Assembly: GCA_950097015.1 (NCBI GenBank)
Contig: CATNEN010000038.1
Location: 13,888,001-13,952,000 of the forward strand
From: Macrostomum hystrix
Lineage: Eukaryota > Animalia > Platyhelminthes
DNA: 64,000 nucleotides
Direction of reading: 5' to 3'
The notes under the pieces were generated by a model. The model was given only the letters and a program-made list of their open reading frames with translations, was not told where the DNA came from and did no database searches. Each line of letters begins with the position of its first letter. The stretch's first letter is position 1. Shown piece by piece: positions 27,601-40,000 of this stretch. The position numbers and the translations under genes were made by a program.

Positions 27601-30600
27601 TTTGCGTGTTATGCATCCTGCAACCTTACATTGAAATATAATCTGCGTTTTATCATGAAATATCTCGGGATCCTACAATAAAGGGCAAAAGGAAACGAAC
27701 ATTATTATTGTTCTTGTACTTAAATTTAAGAACTAACACTTCTGTTCCTATTATTCCTTATCTGACACTTCTGCTTCTGACTGTCTGACACTTTTTCCTG
27801 ACTATTTCCTGTCTGCCACTTCTGTTCCTGACTATTTCCTGTCTGCCACTTCTGTTCCTGACTATTTCCTGTCTGATACTTCTGTTCCTGACCATTTCAT
27901 GTCTGACACTTCAGTTCCTTCCTGTCTGACACTTCAGTTCCTTCCTGTCTGACACTTCAGTTCCTTCCTGTCTGACACTTCAGTTCCTTCCTGTCTGACA
28001 CTTCAGTTCCTTCCTGTCTGACACTTCAGTTCCTTCCTGTCTGACACTTCAGTTCCTTCCTGTCTGACACTTCAGTTCCTTCCTGTCTGACACTTCAGTT
28101 CCTTCCTGTCTGACACTTCAGTTCCTTCCTGTCTGACACTTCAGTTCCTGACTTTCTGACAATTTTTAGGCGGAATCAATCTTTCTTGACTTGATCAATC
28201 TTGATTGACGGAATCAATCTTTCTTGACTTGATCAATCTTGATTGACGGAATCAATCTTTCTTGACTTGATCAATGTTGATTGACGGAATCAATCTTTCT
28301 TGACTTGATCAATCTTGATTGACGGAATCAATCTTTCTTGACTTGATCAATGTTGATTGACGGAATCAATCTTTCTTGACTTGATCAATCTTGATTGACG
28401 GAATCAATCTTTCTTGACTTGATCAATCTTGATTGACGGAATCAATCTTTCGTGACTTGATCAATCTTGATTGACGGAATCAATCTTTCTTGACTTGATC
28501 AATCTTGATTGACGGAATCAATCTTTCTTGACTTGATCAATCTTGATTGACGGAATCAATCTTTCTTGACTTGATCAATCTTGATTGACGGAATCAATCT
28601 TTCTTGACTTGATCAATCTTGATTGACGGAATCAATCTTTCTTGACTTGATCAATCTTGATTGACGGAATCAATCTTTCTTGACTTGATCAATCTTGATT
28701 GACGGAATCAATCTTTCTTGACTTGATCAATCTTGATTGACGGAATCAATCTTTCTTGACTTGATCAATGTTGATTGACGGAATCAATCTTTCTTGACTT
28801 GATCAATCTTGATTGACGGAATCAATCTTTCTTGACTTGATCAATGTTGATTGACGGAATCAATCTTTCTTGACTTGATCAATCTTGATTGACGGAATCA
28901 ATCTTTCTTGACTTGATCAATCTTGATTGACGGAATCAATCTTTCTTGACTTGATCAATCTTGATTGACGGAATCAATCTTTCTTGACTTGATCAATCTT
29001 GATTGACGGAATCAATCTTTCTTGACTTGATCAATCTTGATTGACGGAATCAATCTTTCTTGACTTGATCAATCTTGATTGACGGAATCAATCTTTCTTG
29101 ACTTGATCAATCTTGATTGACGGAATCAATCTTTCTTGACTTGATCAATCTTGATTGACGGAATCAATCCTTCAATCTTTAGGCGGAAGCGGCGGCAGCG
29201 GTGCCGGCCGGCTTAAAGAGACCGCCGATCGCCTCGGCCGCAGCTTCGCCCAGTGTTGCGCAACAGCAGCAGCGCTCTGCCAAAGCCACTAGCAGCAGAT
29301 CGGCACTGTCAGCTACGTCAGCAGCCGCGTCGCCAGCCGTGCCGAAGTCGCAGTCAGCTCAGGACTTGAAGCAGCAGCAGCAGCAGCCAGCAGGCGAGGC
29401 AGTCGAACAGAAGGCTTCGATTGTCGACGAAGAATCGCGCGACACAAACCAGGTGTCGGTGAGCTCCGTCCTGCCCGATGTGGACGCCTCCGACGCTAAG
29501 CGCCGATTCGAGGAGCAGCGCCGGCTTCACCGGGAGAAGCTCGAGGCCGACAAGCGCGCCGAAGAGGAGCGACGCCAGCGCGAGGAGGAATTCCGTCGGC
29601 GACGCGTTGAAGAGCAGCGCCGGCGCGAGGAGGAGGCCCGGCAGCGCGAGGCGGAGTCTCGGCTTGCCAAAGAGGCCGAGGAGCGTGCCGAGGCGGCCGC
29701 CGCGGAGGAGCGAGCCTTGATCGAAGCGCAACGGCTGAAGGAGGTTTATTATAATGCTTCTTGTACAGATGTATTCCCACCTGTCCATTCTACTGCCATT
29801 CCCAGTCTCTGTCCACTATATGCCCCGTGTAGTGACTTTAGATACCTTATTGTACCTCATCTAAGGTTTTATTCTATTCGAAGTTATATTATGCATATTC
29901 TATTCCCATGTGTCCACTCTGTTCCCATATCTGTCCACTTTATTCCCATGTGTCCACTCTGTTCCCATATCTGTCCACTCTATTCCTATATCTGTCTCTT
30001 CTATTCCCATGCCTCTCCATTCTATTCCCACACCTGTCCACTCTATTCCCATACCTGTCTAATTTATTCCCACCACAGTCAATTTGCATTTCCCGTTCCC
30101 ACTTTCGCCCTAACAGAAAGAAGAGGCCGATCGTCAGGCCCGCGAACGGGAAGAGCGCGAGCGTCAGGAACGCCTGGCCGCTGAAGAGACGGACCGTCTC
30201 GAGCGTCGCAAGAAGCTCGAGGCTATCATGAATCGCGTCAAAGTTGGCGGCGGTCCCGCGTCCTCTGGCAGCCCGACGCCCGACAAGCAGCCCCAGCCGC
30301 CGCCGACTATTCAGCTTCTGCCAGCGTCCAGCGGCAACGAGGATGTCAGGAACATCAGCCCTCCCGCCGCCGCGGCTGCAGATGAGGACAGCAACGGTGA
30401 CGACAGCAACGACGAAGATGCCAATGACGAGTCGGGAGCTGGCGGTGCGATGCCGTTGCCGATGACTGTGTCGATGCCCCCGGCCCTGCTTAGCCAGGAG
30501 CTCCAGCTGGCCCCTAAAGCGGCGCCTTCGACGCCTCAGACGCTACAGCAGCAGCAGCCTGCAGCCGTCGGGAGTCCGGCCCTATCCGCTCTGGCCGGCC

Positions 30601-31500
30601 GTCTGAAAGGTACAAAAGCGGCCGAGATTCTAGCGAGGCACAGCAGCCAGCAGAATCTGGCCGCCTCCGCAGCCGCAGCCTCCTCTGCTACAACAGCCGT
30701 ACTAACTCCTGCCGCACCTGCTGCCGATTCAGTCACCGCTGCTGAGTTAGAGACACGTCCGGATCAAGTTCAACCCGCTGAAGAAGTAGATAAATACGGG
30801 ATTGGTGCTTTGCGATTGAGCCTGTGTTAGCTATTGGAGTAGGGTGTTACATATAGGAGTAGGGTGTTATATATTGGAGTAGGGTGTTAGATATTGGAGT
30901 AGGGTGTTACATATAGGAGTAGGGTGTTATATATTGGAGTAGGGTGTTAGATATTGGAGTAGGGTGTTACATATAGGAGTAGGGTGTTATATATTGGAGT
31001 AGGGTGTTAGATATTGGAGTAGGGTGTTACATATAGGAGTAGGGTGTTATATATTGGAGTAGGGTGTTATACTCGTATATTGGAGTAGAGTGTTATACTC
31101 GTATATTGGAGTAGGGTGTTGGATGTTGTTTCGGGTTCAATATTGACGTAGTGACTCAATTATTTTATTTTTCTGCTTCTCCTAGGAGCAGGACGAGGAC
31201 GTCGACCCGCCCGGCCTGCTGTCCAGTACCATCGAGACTCGCCTAGCCGAAGTTCGCGCTCGCCTGCGAACCACCGACGCCACTGACGCCGATACCATCG
31301 CCCTCGCCGCCGTAGACGTTGCCATTGTTGGCGACAACGGCGACGATTCGGCGAAGGACGACATTAAAATTAGCGAAGACGAAGAAGCTGAAAGCGGAGT
31401 AGGATCACCAACCGCCGAGGAGGCTGAGGGCGACGGCGAGGCTGCGGCGACGGCGACTGCGGGCTCGGAGACGGCCGAGCAACCGTTGATTGCTCTGTGA
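14440..31500 (+). CDS. MAP7: MAP7/ensconsin-like microtubule-associated protein (~1011 aa). Exons 14440-14653, 18250-18786, 19816-20160, 23749-23835, 25658-25965, 29183-29743, 30117-30785, 31186-31500
   Basis: Phase-compatible GT-AG joins (3036 nt, open). N-terminal E/R coiled coil followed by FAFGSSTPR; Ser/Pro/basic linker; C-terminal coiled coil ending ERRKKLEAIMNRVK (MAP7-domain motif); acidic tail. Confidence 0.85.
14770..14801 (-). mobile_element. tRNA-derived SINE head fragment
   Basis: Reverse complement gggttcggtggcagagcggttaacgc contains a Pol III A-box and resembles the head at 46167. Confidence 0.4.
14865..16065. repeat. 22-bp minisatellite, MAP7 intron 1
   Basis: aagtagcggaatgttgtttaag units. 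Confidence 0.95.
16965..17665. repeat. 31-bp minisatellite, MAP7 intron 1
   Basis: ggaagacaagtagtcacatagattgtgtatt units with a degenerate tail to about 17950. Confidence 0.95.
18603..18644 (+). repeat. Pure (GCT)14 coding microsatellite (poly-Ala)
   Basis: In MAP7-like exon 2, directly after FGSSTPRDVCE. Confidence 0.9.
20519..22306 (-). mobile_element. Full-length mariner (DD34D) element, 1788 bp, with ~113-bp TIRs
   Basis: CGAGGGGTGTCCAAAAAGTAGTGATAC... at 20519-20631 and reverse complement at 22194-22306 (2 mismatches); TA at 20517-20518 and 22307-22308. Confidence 0.95.
20751..21842 (-). CDS. Mariner transposase (DD34D), intact 363 aa
   Basis: WVPKLL, TGDETW, HHDNARPH and YSPDLAPADF motifs; 34 residues between the 2nd and 3rd Asp. 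Confidence 0.96.
   Translation of the reverse strand: MDVRSKEGQRHAIHTLWSIGKSGQEIYHHLCSIHGAEAVSRMTVYRWVEQFESGRTNLADLPRPGRPSAPSSKALADRILDLLEEDCRMTIREIADRLDTPRSTVHLCLTNMNFVKLSARWVPKLLTADMRLQRQQTCQGNLNLVSQRGGWNQFRQLIVTGDETWVPHFDPPTKQESKVWTLKGSDPPLKARRETHCKKIMLSVFFDCNGPITIDFLEPNTMINADRYSSLLASLKADIQNKRRSGVKPVILHHDNARPHTAHQTMEAIKKLKFDLLPHPPYSPDLAPADFALFPQLKRHLRGRVHVSRDHLEQEVRRVLLHVIPRQIYADAIDHLFRRWEKCVQSGGNYVEKASLPDDDESY
22397..23437 (-). CDS. maT-like transposase, 346 aa, DD38D spacing
   Basis: FSDEK, FNRQNDR, FQQDGAPAD and WPPSSPDCSPLDY motifs; N-terminal HTH region. Confidence 0.93.
   Translation of the reverse strand: MNRAKRLMVVDQLARGISPAQIAENLNVARSFVYAVKSDIEEVGAAAAVERKPHNSPRPIRSEELRETVAERIKADPRVSIRELARSSGVSRSTMQRLVHEDLDLSSYKIKESQALTATARSVRAERCRQLINRLKGPDAGKVLIFSDEKFCTVDRAFNRQNDRYLAPSGDSSSAAEEHRYMPRQQHAKGAMFLGVVASDGRVAPPIWVPAGVKINSAEYIRMLQGHVLPWIRHNFAPGTFVFQQDGAPADTAVATQEFLRQELGEDFWDATTWPPSSPDCSPLDYFVWNNVARVACLTTYATVETLQVAVSAAWSAQGPAVIRGACTKFRSRIEAVYAVEGGYIE
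24338..25610. repeat. 32-bp minisatellite, MAP7 intron 4
   Basis: cccagatgctcagatttgagcagtccctataa units. Confidence 0.95.
26288..27350. repeat. 20-bp minisatellite, MAP7 intron 5
   Basis: tgaaggcaatgggatcttta units. Confidence 0.95.
27760..28160. repeat. 30-bp then 23-bp minisatellite
   Basis: gtctgccacttctgttcctgactatttcct, then ctgtctgacacttcagttccttc. Confidence 0.9.
28171..29170. repeat. 38-bp near-perfect minisatellite ending at the MAP7 exon 6 acceptor
   Basis: cggaatcaatctttcttgacttgatcaatcttgattga, about 26 copies. Confidence 0.95.
29895..30072. repeat. Short ~20-bp degenerate minisatellite
   Basis: ctattcccatatctgtccact-type units. Confidence 0.75.
30830..31120. repeat. 20-bp minisatellite with a 60-bp higher-order unit
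   Basis: attggagtagggtgtta(c/t/g)at; lines 30841-31020 repeat exactly every 60 bp. Confidence 0.92.
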
Positions 31501-33654
31501 TATGCTTAGATAAAATGCCGAGATCTAGCAACATTTTTACGCTTAGTAATTTTATTCGCCCGATTTGCTATGTGCCGTCTTAATTCCTCTATGACAAATA
31601 ATAACAAATCCGTTGCCATAGCAACACAGAAAATTAAATTTTTCAAATGATATATTATAATTATGGAGTCTTATTCACGTTTTTTTGCGTTGATAATTGC
31701 TATGGCAACTAGATTTGTTGTTGTCCTATATTTGTCAGTGCATCATACTCGCTGGCTGTGCTTTATCATATTTAGCTGGCAGTAGACAACCTGCTCTTTT
31801 AAATGTTCTGCTTTAATTATTCTTTTTTCTATTGTTTACACACAGCAACAGAAGTTTTAGTCAGCCCGCTAATCTAATCTAGTATTAATTATAGTTTTTC
31901 TCTGCATTGAACCATTGCATTCTTATACCCGCACACTTGTATACCATGTAATTGTTTGTCATTTTTACTATCTAAACAATCTAGTGTCTAATTTTATCTT
32001 TTAACTATTATAAAACATTTTTTAATCTATAGGCCTCTCAAAATTTGCTACTAGTAGAGCTTCCAGTATATTATACGCTCGTACATATATGAATATGTTC
32101 GAATAGCTTATACCTTTTGTATGCTATATAGTCAGTACTATAATATAGGTTACCATAGCAACGCAGCTGACATTCAAATCTATGATTCTGTATGTATATT
32201 TGTTTGCTTAGAAACTATATGGATCTCGATTATGTTTTATTTTCTGGTCAAACAAAAGAGTGTGTTATATTATTGTGTGTTAATTATTCTGTGATGCAGA
32301 TATGATATTTATATCTTATTATATGTAGGCATTGCTAGACAAAATTTTTACTAAAACTCCCCCGTCTCATAGCCCTGTACCGTTGGCTCCCGTCTTTCAT
32401 AATCATTAATATTAAATGATCTGCTATTTAATTCTACCGCCTACTACTTACAGTAGCTGCTGGGTATGTTTTTTGTTTGCTACAATTCTGATAGTTTCTT
32501 TCTTGTTTCAGTTTCTTTAAGCGTATTATCGCAAACTCAATCTGAAAATTTGTGTTTTTTTCTTTAACGTTTTTCGCCTCAGCATTAGTTAGTTTGCCTG
32601 GCTGCAGTCTTTGTAACTATAATATTATTGTCGATGCAAATTTCCCTGTTTGATTATGTAATTAGGCGCAGAGTAACATTTAATGCTTTACACAGGGTGG
32701 GCCGTTGTATTCTGAATAGAATAATGCAAGCGAGCTCTATAACTGTGTGATATAGATCCGTGTTTCTCCTCTCACTAAGAAAACTGCCTTTCTATTTTGT
32801 TGTTTCAACAAGTGATATTGTTGTTTGTTAAATTAGATTTTTCCTATACATCTCTTGGAACAATTGAATACTACAATATTTTTACAGATTAAGAGAGGCC
32901 CAATACAATCAGAATTCTAACAAATTTATTTCTTTTTTTCTGCAGTTTTTATAATCATGTACTAATATTTCTGGCTGCTTCTGGCTGCTTATACGGCTAA
33001 TCCTTCACTGGCCAGTTTAGACACACACACATTGCACTAAACTGTACTCCAGTAATGCAGCTTTGCTTGCGAAGCCTTTTTGTACTTTTTGATTGTCTGC
33101 TTCTTGGCTACTATGGCATTGGTTCGTTGCTTGTCATCATTTCTGATTTTATTTGCTCCTATTTTGTGTTAAAAAATTCCTTCTAGCACTTTTGTAGATC
33201 CTGGCCAATGGGAATTACGCGCTGAACAATTATTAAAATCCCTATTTAATTAGCTGTAAAATCCCGTGAATCGCCTTCCGCTCATTAAATAAAAAATATA
33301 AAAATAAATCAGCTAGTTAGCGCTTATCCATGCAGCTTCTGTGCCGCTCGCTTCTTCAACATTTTTTCTATAATGTCAACTTTTAGTAGAAGCAACTAAC
33401 AGCGGGCATTGTGACAAGATTTTCATTACTGTCCGAAAGTCAATGGGTGCAGAGTTTTGATAATATACTAAATAAATAAATAAACCATTACGCCATAATG
33501 GGATCTATTTGCGGGATCTGACATTTGCCTTCATTTCTCGCGCAAAGTCTGTGACCTTTGTTGTTATTTAACCGCAAATTAGGTTGCATTTTCATACATT
33601 TGCTTAAGTCCTCCATTCCACAAACTCTCTTGCATGTTGCGTTATAAACTAACA

Positions 33655-34642
33655 TTGTTCAAACAGATTTCCCAGATCCTCATTGTTCAAACAGATTTCC
33701 CAGATCCTCAGATTGTTCAAACAGATTTCCCAGATCCTCAGATTGTTCAAACAGATTTCCCAGATCCTCCGATTGTTCAACCAGATTTCCCAGATCCTCA
33801 GATTGTTCAAACAGATTTCCCAGATCCTCAGATTGTTTAAACAGATTTCCGAGATCCTCCGATTGTTTAAACAGATTTCCCAGATCCTCCGATTGTTTAA
33901 ACAGATTTCCCAGATCCTCAGATTGTTTAAACAGATTTCCCAGATCCTCCGATTGTTTAAACAGATTTCCCAGATCCTCAGATTGTTTAAACAGATTTCC
34001 CAGATCCTCCGATTGTTTAAACAGATTTCTCAGACCCTCAGATTGTTTAAACAGATTTCCCAGATCCTCAGATTGTTCAAACAGATTTCCCAGATCCTCA
34101 GATTGTTCAAACAGATTTCCCAGATCCTCAGATTGTTCAAACAGGTTTCCCAGATCCTCAGATTGTTTAAACTGATTTCCCAGATCCTCAGATTGTTTAA
34201 ACTGATTTCCCAGATCCCCAGATTGTATCTACAGATTTCCCTGATCCCCAGATTGTATCAACAGATTTCCCTGATCCCCAGATTGTATCAACAGATTTCC
34301 CTGATCCCCAGATTTTACCTACAGATTTCACTGATCCCAGATTGTACCAACAGATTTCCCTGATATCCAGATTGTACCAACTGATTTCCCTGATCCCCAG
34401 ATTGTACCAACAGATTTCCCTGATCCCCAGATTGTATCAACAGATTTCCCTGATCCCCAGATTGTTCCAACTGATTTCCCTGATCCCCAGATTGTACCAA
34501 CTGATTTCCCTGATCCCCAGATTGTACCAACTGATTTCCCTGATCCCCAGATTGTACCAACAGATTTCCCTGATCCCCAGATTGTACCAACAGATTTCCC
34601 TGATCCCCAGATTGTACCAACTGATTTCCCAGATCCCGAGAT
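33655..34642. repeat. 30-bp minisatellite upstream of KRTCAP2
   Basis: acagatttcccagatcctcagattgttcaa drifting to cagatttccctgatccccagattgtaccaa. Confidence 0.95.
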
Positions 34643-34751
34643 TTACTCTACTCTTAGTAGAATGCTAATTTTCCTTAATAAAAAATATCTTCAGCTAAAG
34701 AATTTGTCTCCTTCGAAAGAAGCCCAGCAATCGATTGAAACACAGAAGAAA

Positions 34752-35171
34752 ATGGCTCTATCTTGTGGCGCCTCCTGCCTGTTCTCGGGCCTGGTCTCCC
34801 TGCTGCTGTTCGCTGGCATGCAGCTGTTTCGCGCCCAGCTAGCCGACAGTAAGCTGGGCACGATATTAGGCGGCGGCCTGGGCTCTCTGCTGTTCATTCT
34901 GCTGCTCACAGCTGTGAATAATTTTGAAAACGCTTTCATTCAGCGAGGCTTTCAATCGCAACTGTTTCCCGAGGTATTTGCCAGCCTAGTATTGGCCTGC
35001 ATCGCCTCCGGCATGGTACACCGTGTCTGCATCACCACCTGCTTCATCTTCTCACTGGTGGCCCTGTACTACATCAACAGCCTGTCACAGAAGATCTACG
35101 CCGCACCAGCTGAGGCTGCAGCCGCTGCCGCCATTGCCAACGCTAATTCGGCGAAGAAGAAGCGAAAATAG
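34752..35171 (+). CDS. KRTCAP2: Keratinocyte-associated protein 2 (KCP2, oligosaccharyltransferase accessory subunit), single exon, 139 aa
   Basis: LLFAGMQ...TILGGGLGSLLF...LTAVNNFEN...GFQSQLFPEV...ASGMVHRVCITTCFIFS; C-terminal KKKRK ER-retrieval signal. Confidence 0.95.
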   Translation: MALSCGASCLFSGLVSLLLFAGMQLFRAQLADSKLGTILGGGLGSLLFILLLTAVNNFENAFIQRGFQSQLFPEVFASLVLACIASGMVHRVCITTCFIFSLVALYYINSLSQKIYAAPAEAAAAAAIANANSAKKKRK

Positions 35172-35204
35172 ACAGTTTAAAAGGCCGGCTGGGCATCTGG
35201 CGAT

Positions 35205-35355
35205 AGGTCTATAGATATTTGATAATGGGATGTGTCTATGGATATTTGATAGTGGGGAATGTGTCTATAAGCATTCGATAATGGGATGTGTCTATGGATA
35301 TTTGATAGTGGGATGTGTCTATGAACATTCGATAATGGGATGTGTCTATGGATAT
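35205..35355. repeat. Short ~30-bp repeat in the KRTCAP2 3' region
   Basis: gataatgggatgtgtctatggatattt-type units. Confidence 0.75.
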
Positions 35356-36332
35356 CAGCCACGTGTCTTTAGATATTGAAGCAAGCAAGCAAGATTTTCA
35401 TTTTAGTATATTGATGTGTCTATAGAAATCAGTCACGTGTTTAGAAATATTAGCGACGTGTCCATTGATATAAGTGATGTGTCTACCGAACACTGGGTGA
35501 GAGAAATAAATTTATATTAGACCATCTATATGCCCAGGCACTAACGCACATCACAAATTTGGCCATCCATAGTGATAGTTCTTTTCTAAAAAATTTTGTT
35601 CTTTAGCTCGTTTTGAAGCCATTTTCTATGTTGAATTATTTTAATTATGTTATCATTATATTGCTTAACACCCACTTTGTTGGCACTGTCACGTACAATA
35701 TATTTTAATGGGGCTAGTTTGGTCACAGAAGGTATTGAAAAAATCAATGTTTGTAATGACATTTCAATCCGCAAACCCTCCCGCAATGTCTTGTGTGGAA
35801 CTAAATTCTGCTTCTGATTTAATTTATTTCTTTTGAACTGCAATAAACTATACGTTCTACTAGCAGTACTCGAGTAAGTAGTAGTAATTGGGCATGCTTT
35901 TTTTCTCCGTTTCCTAGTTATACCTAGCATGTGTGTGTATTTAATAAAAATTTCGGTGTTCCTGGTTTTTTAATGCTTTTCAATCTACTTTTAGTAGTAC
36001 GTATCAGGTGAAATTCAAAACTCCTCAAAGTAGTGTAAAATCAGTAGCCGAGTGTACTTCTGTGCCAATTCTTAGTCATACAAGTAATTCTCTGTACTAC
36101 TGTGGAAATTAAAAGCCCCAGTCATTAATTGCATTAAACGGTGGCGGTCTCATATTTTCATAGATCAATTTTGAGTACAATTAAACACTGTTAGATTATT
36201 TCGGTTTTAGTTGGCCTGGTTTGAACAATTGTTTATTCAATTATGGAAAATATATACCAGTTTTCTGTTTGCTGCTTGCTAGTGGAAATACTTTTTTGTC
36301 TTCCTTTTATTTCCTCCTTGTGTTGTCTGAGT

Positions 36333-37062
36333 CATCCTCATGTTGAGCATACTCAACAGTTCACATCCTCATGCTGGGCATACTCAATAGTTCACATCCT
36401 CATGCTGAGCATACTCAATAGTTCACATCCTCATGCTGAGCATACTCAATAGTTCACATCCTCATGCTGAGCATACTCAATAGTTCACATCCTCATGCTG
36501 AGCATACTCAATAGTTCACATCCTCATGCTGGGCATACTCAATAGTTCACATCCTCATGCTGAGCATACTCAACAGTTCACATCCTCATGCTGGGCATAC
36601 TCAATAGTTCACATCCTAATGCTGAGCATACTCAATAGTTCACATCCTCATGCTGAGCATACTCAATAGTTCACATCCTCATGCTGAGCATACTCAATAG
36701 TTCACATCCTCATGCTGAGCATACTCAATAGTTCACATCCTCATGCTGAGCATACTCAATAGTTCACATCCTCATGCTGAGCATACTCAATAGTTCACAT
36801 CCTAATGCTGAGCATACTCAATAGTTCACATCCTCATGCTGAGCATACTCAATAGTTCACATCCTAATGCTGAGCATACTCAATAGTTCACATCCTCATG
36901 CTGAGCATACTCAATAGTTCACATCCTAATGCTGAGCAAACTCAATAGTTCACATCCTCATGCTGAGCATACTCAATAGTTCACATCCTCATGCTGAGCA
37001 TACTCAATAGTTCACATCCTCATGCTGAGCATACTCAATAGTTCACATCCTCATGCTGAGCA
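36333..37062. repeat. 31-bp minisatellite upstream of PCCB
   Basis: gttcacatcctcatgctgagcatactcaata units ending about 20 bp before the AG at 37082-37083. Confidence 0.95.
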
Positions 37063-37092
37063 GCCACCTACTCAATTTTGCAGCACTAAACC

Positions 37093-40000
37093 ATGTTGAG
37101 CTCTGGTGTTCGCAGCCTTCTCGCCGCCTCATCTGCGGTCAATCGGTGCTGGAGCCTCCAGGGCGTCCGCACCACTTACTCCGCCGCGCTGACTCTGCGA
37201 GTGCGCGATAAAATCGAAGAGACTCGCCGACGCTCCCTGGAGGGCGGTGGAGCCAAGCGCATCGAAGCCCAGCACCAGAAGGGCAAACTGACAGCCCGTG
37301 AGCGCATCGAGCTGCTCATGGATCCCGGCAGCTTCCGCGAGTACGACGCCTTTGTTGAGCACGACTGCGTCGATTTCGGCATGGAAAAGTCCAAGACGCC
37401 AGCCGACAGCGTCATCACTGGCCACGGCCTCATTCACGGCCGGCCGGCGTTTGTGTTCAGCCAGGATTTCACCGTCTACGGCGGCAGCTTGTCGCTGGCG
37501 CACGCCAAGAAAATCTGCAAGGCGAGTCGATTAGTTTTCTGTTTTAGTGCTCGGCAGCTATATAATGTCACTGGTGACCATGCCAAGGTCAAATGAAGTC
37601 TTGTAAGACAAGGTCGAGTACTTCGTCCTGTGAAGTCCATGTCTTCATCTTGTGAAGTAAAGTCCATGACGTCGTCCTGTCAAGTCCGTGACGTCATTTT
37701 GTGAAGTCCATGACGTCATCTTCTGAAATCAAGTCCATGACGTCATCTTCTGAAATCAAGTCCATGACGTCATCTTCTGAAATCAAGTCCATGACGTCAT
37801 CTTCTGAAATCAAGTCCATGACGTCATCTTGTGAAATCTATGACGTGCTCTTGTGAAATAAAGTTCATGACGTCATCTTGTGAGATCAAGTCCATGATGT
37901 CATATTGTAAAATCGATGACATCGTTATGTCAACACCATGTCATCATCTTGTGACGTAGTCTTGGGTTGTCTCTCGCTTTATCTACAGTGGCACATCTGA
38001 ATGATATAGTCTTTGGTGTCTGTATGTACTCATTGAAGACTTGTCTTGGCATTTATTATGTCGGTGTAATTTCATCATTATTATATCTGCATCGTACCAT
38101 CTTTGATGACCGTGTAGTGTCATTTACGCTATTCAATGTCAATTTCCTACCGCCGCAGGTGATGGACCAGGCTATGGTTGTCGGCGCTCCGGTCATCGGT
38201 CTGAACGACAGTGGCGGCGCCCGCATCCAGGAGGGCGTGGCCAGCCTGGCCGGCTATGCCGACATCTTCGAGCGCAACGTCCTGGCCTCGGGCGTCGTGC
38301 CCCAGATCTCCATGATCATGGGACCCTGCGCCGGCGGCGCTGTGTACTCACCGGCCCTGACCGACTTCATCTTCATGGTTGAGCAGTCGTCCTACCTGTT
38401 TATTACTGGCCCTGATGTGGTCAAGACTGTGACAGGTGAGGATTCTGGCAACTTTGAGGATTCGGCTTCAAGCCATCATTTCCAGCCAGATTAAGGCTAT
38501 ATTTCCAGCTACTTACCTTTATTTCCTGCATAATTGAGCCATAATTTCCAACTAGATTGGGCCTTTATTTCAAGCTAGATTGAGCCATCATTTCCAGCTA
38601 GATTGAGCCTTCGTTACCAGTCAGATTCAAGCTATATTTCAAACTAGATTAAGCCTTTGTTTACAGTTAGATTAAGCCATAATTTCCAGCTAGATTGAGC
38701 CTTCGTTTACAGCTAGATTAAGCCATCATTTCCAGCTAGATTGAGCCTTTGTTTAAAGCTAGATTAAGCCATCATTTCCAGCTAGATTGAGCTTTTGTTT
38801 AAAGCTAGATTAAGCCATCATTTCCAGCCAGATTAAGCCATCATTTCCAGCCAGATTAAGCCATCATTTCCAGCTAGATTAAGCCATCATTTCCAGCCAG
38901 ATTAAGCCATCATTTCCAGCTAGATTAAGCCTTCTTTTACAGCTACGGCTCGTAGATTAATTTATAGCTATATTTAACCAACTAGCTAGCTAGACGGCTA
39001 TTCCCCATTAACACCGCAGGCGAGACCGTGACCCAGGAGGAGCTGGGCGGCTCCAAGACCCACACCGTGACATCTGGCGTGGCCCATCGCGCCTTCGAGA
39101 ACGATGTTGACGCGCTGGCCACTCTGCGCGAGTTGTACACCTTCCTGCCAATGTCCAACCGCGATCGGGCTCCTATTCGCGACTGCCAGGTGCGTTGCTG
39201 ACCTAGTTAATGAGTTGAATACCCCACTCCATGAATGACACATTTTTAGTCTATGACGCATTCTTTGACTCCATGACTCATTCTTAGATTCCGTGACTCA
39301 TTCTTAGATTCCGTGACTCATTCTTAGATTCTATGACTCATTTTTGGATTATGTCTCATTCTAGATTCTATGACTCATTATTAGATTCCGTGACTCATTC
39401 TTAGATTCCATGGCTAATTCTAATATTCTATGACTCATTTTTAGATTCCATACCTCATTCTAGATTCTATGACTCATTCTTAGATTCCATGACTCATTCT
39501 AGATTCTATGACTCATTCTTAGATTCCATGAACCGGTACAGTAACAGTACTAACTAATTAAACGCCTGAGCGATCGACCTACTTTAGACTCGATGACCTA
39601 AAATTGAACTATGAGTCGAAAAATGTTACTCGCTGACAGCAACAACTTCAGTGCCTGAATGCATGACTGTTGTGCATAGGATTGAATGTTTTAGATTTAA
39701 TTTGTCAAGCACTTTAACCAACATATTAATCAACTTACAGGGCTTGGTAAGCAAAACTGTTCAAATATGGTCATTGTCAGTTTGATTGCTGATCTTGCGA
39801 ATTTTTTAAGTCATGTGTTGATTTTTCGCCTATATCGAGCTGTATATCAAATTAATTTCCTGGTGTGTCCTTTTGCTCAAACTTTTCCTTATCGCTGAAT
39901 GAACCGTTTACCAGTGTTCTTACTTTACAAATTAATTGACCATTGAACAGAATTTATTTTACTAAATATTATTAGTTGTTTATAGTTTATGACTAAAGTA

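Noticed and set aside
33634-34668. Repetitive ORFs (FKQISQILRL)n and the N-terminal extension of ORF 34662
   Set aside because: 30-bp satellite artefact; KRTCAP2 homology starts at ATG 34752.
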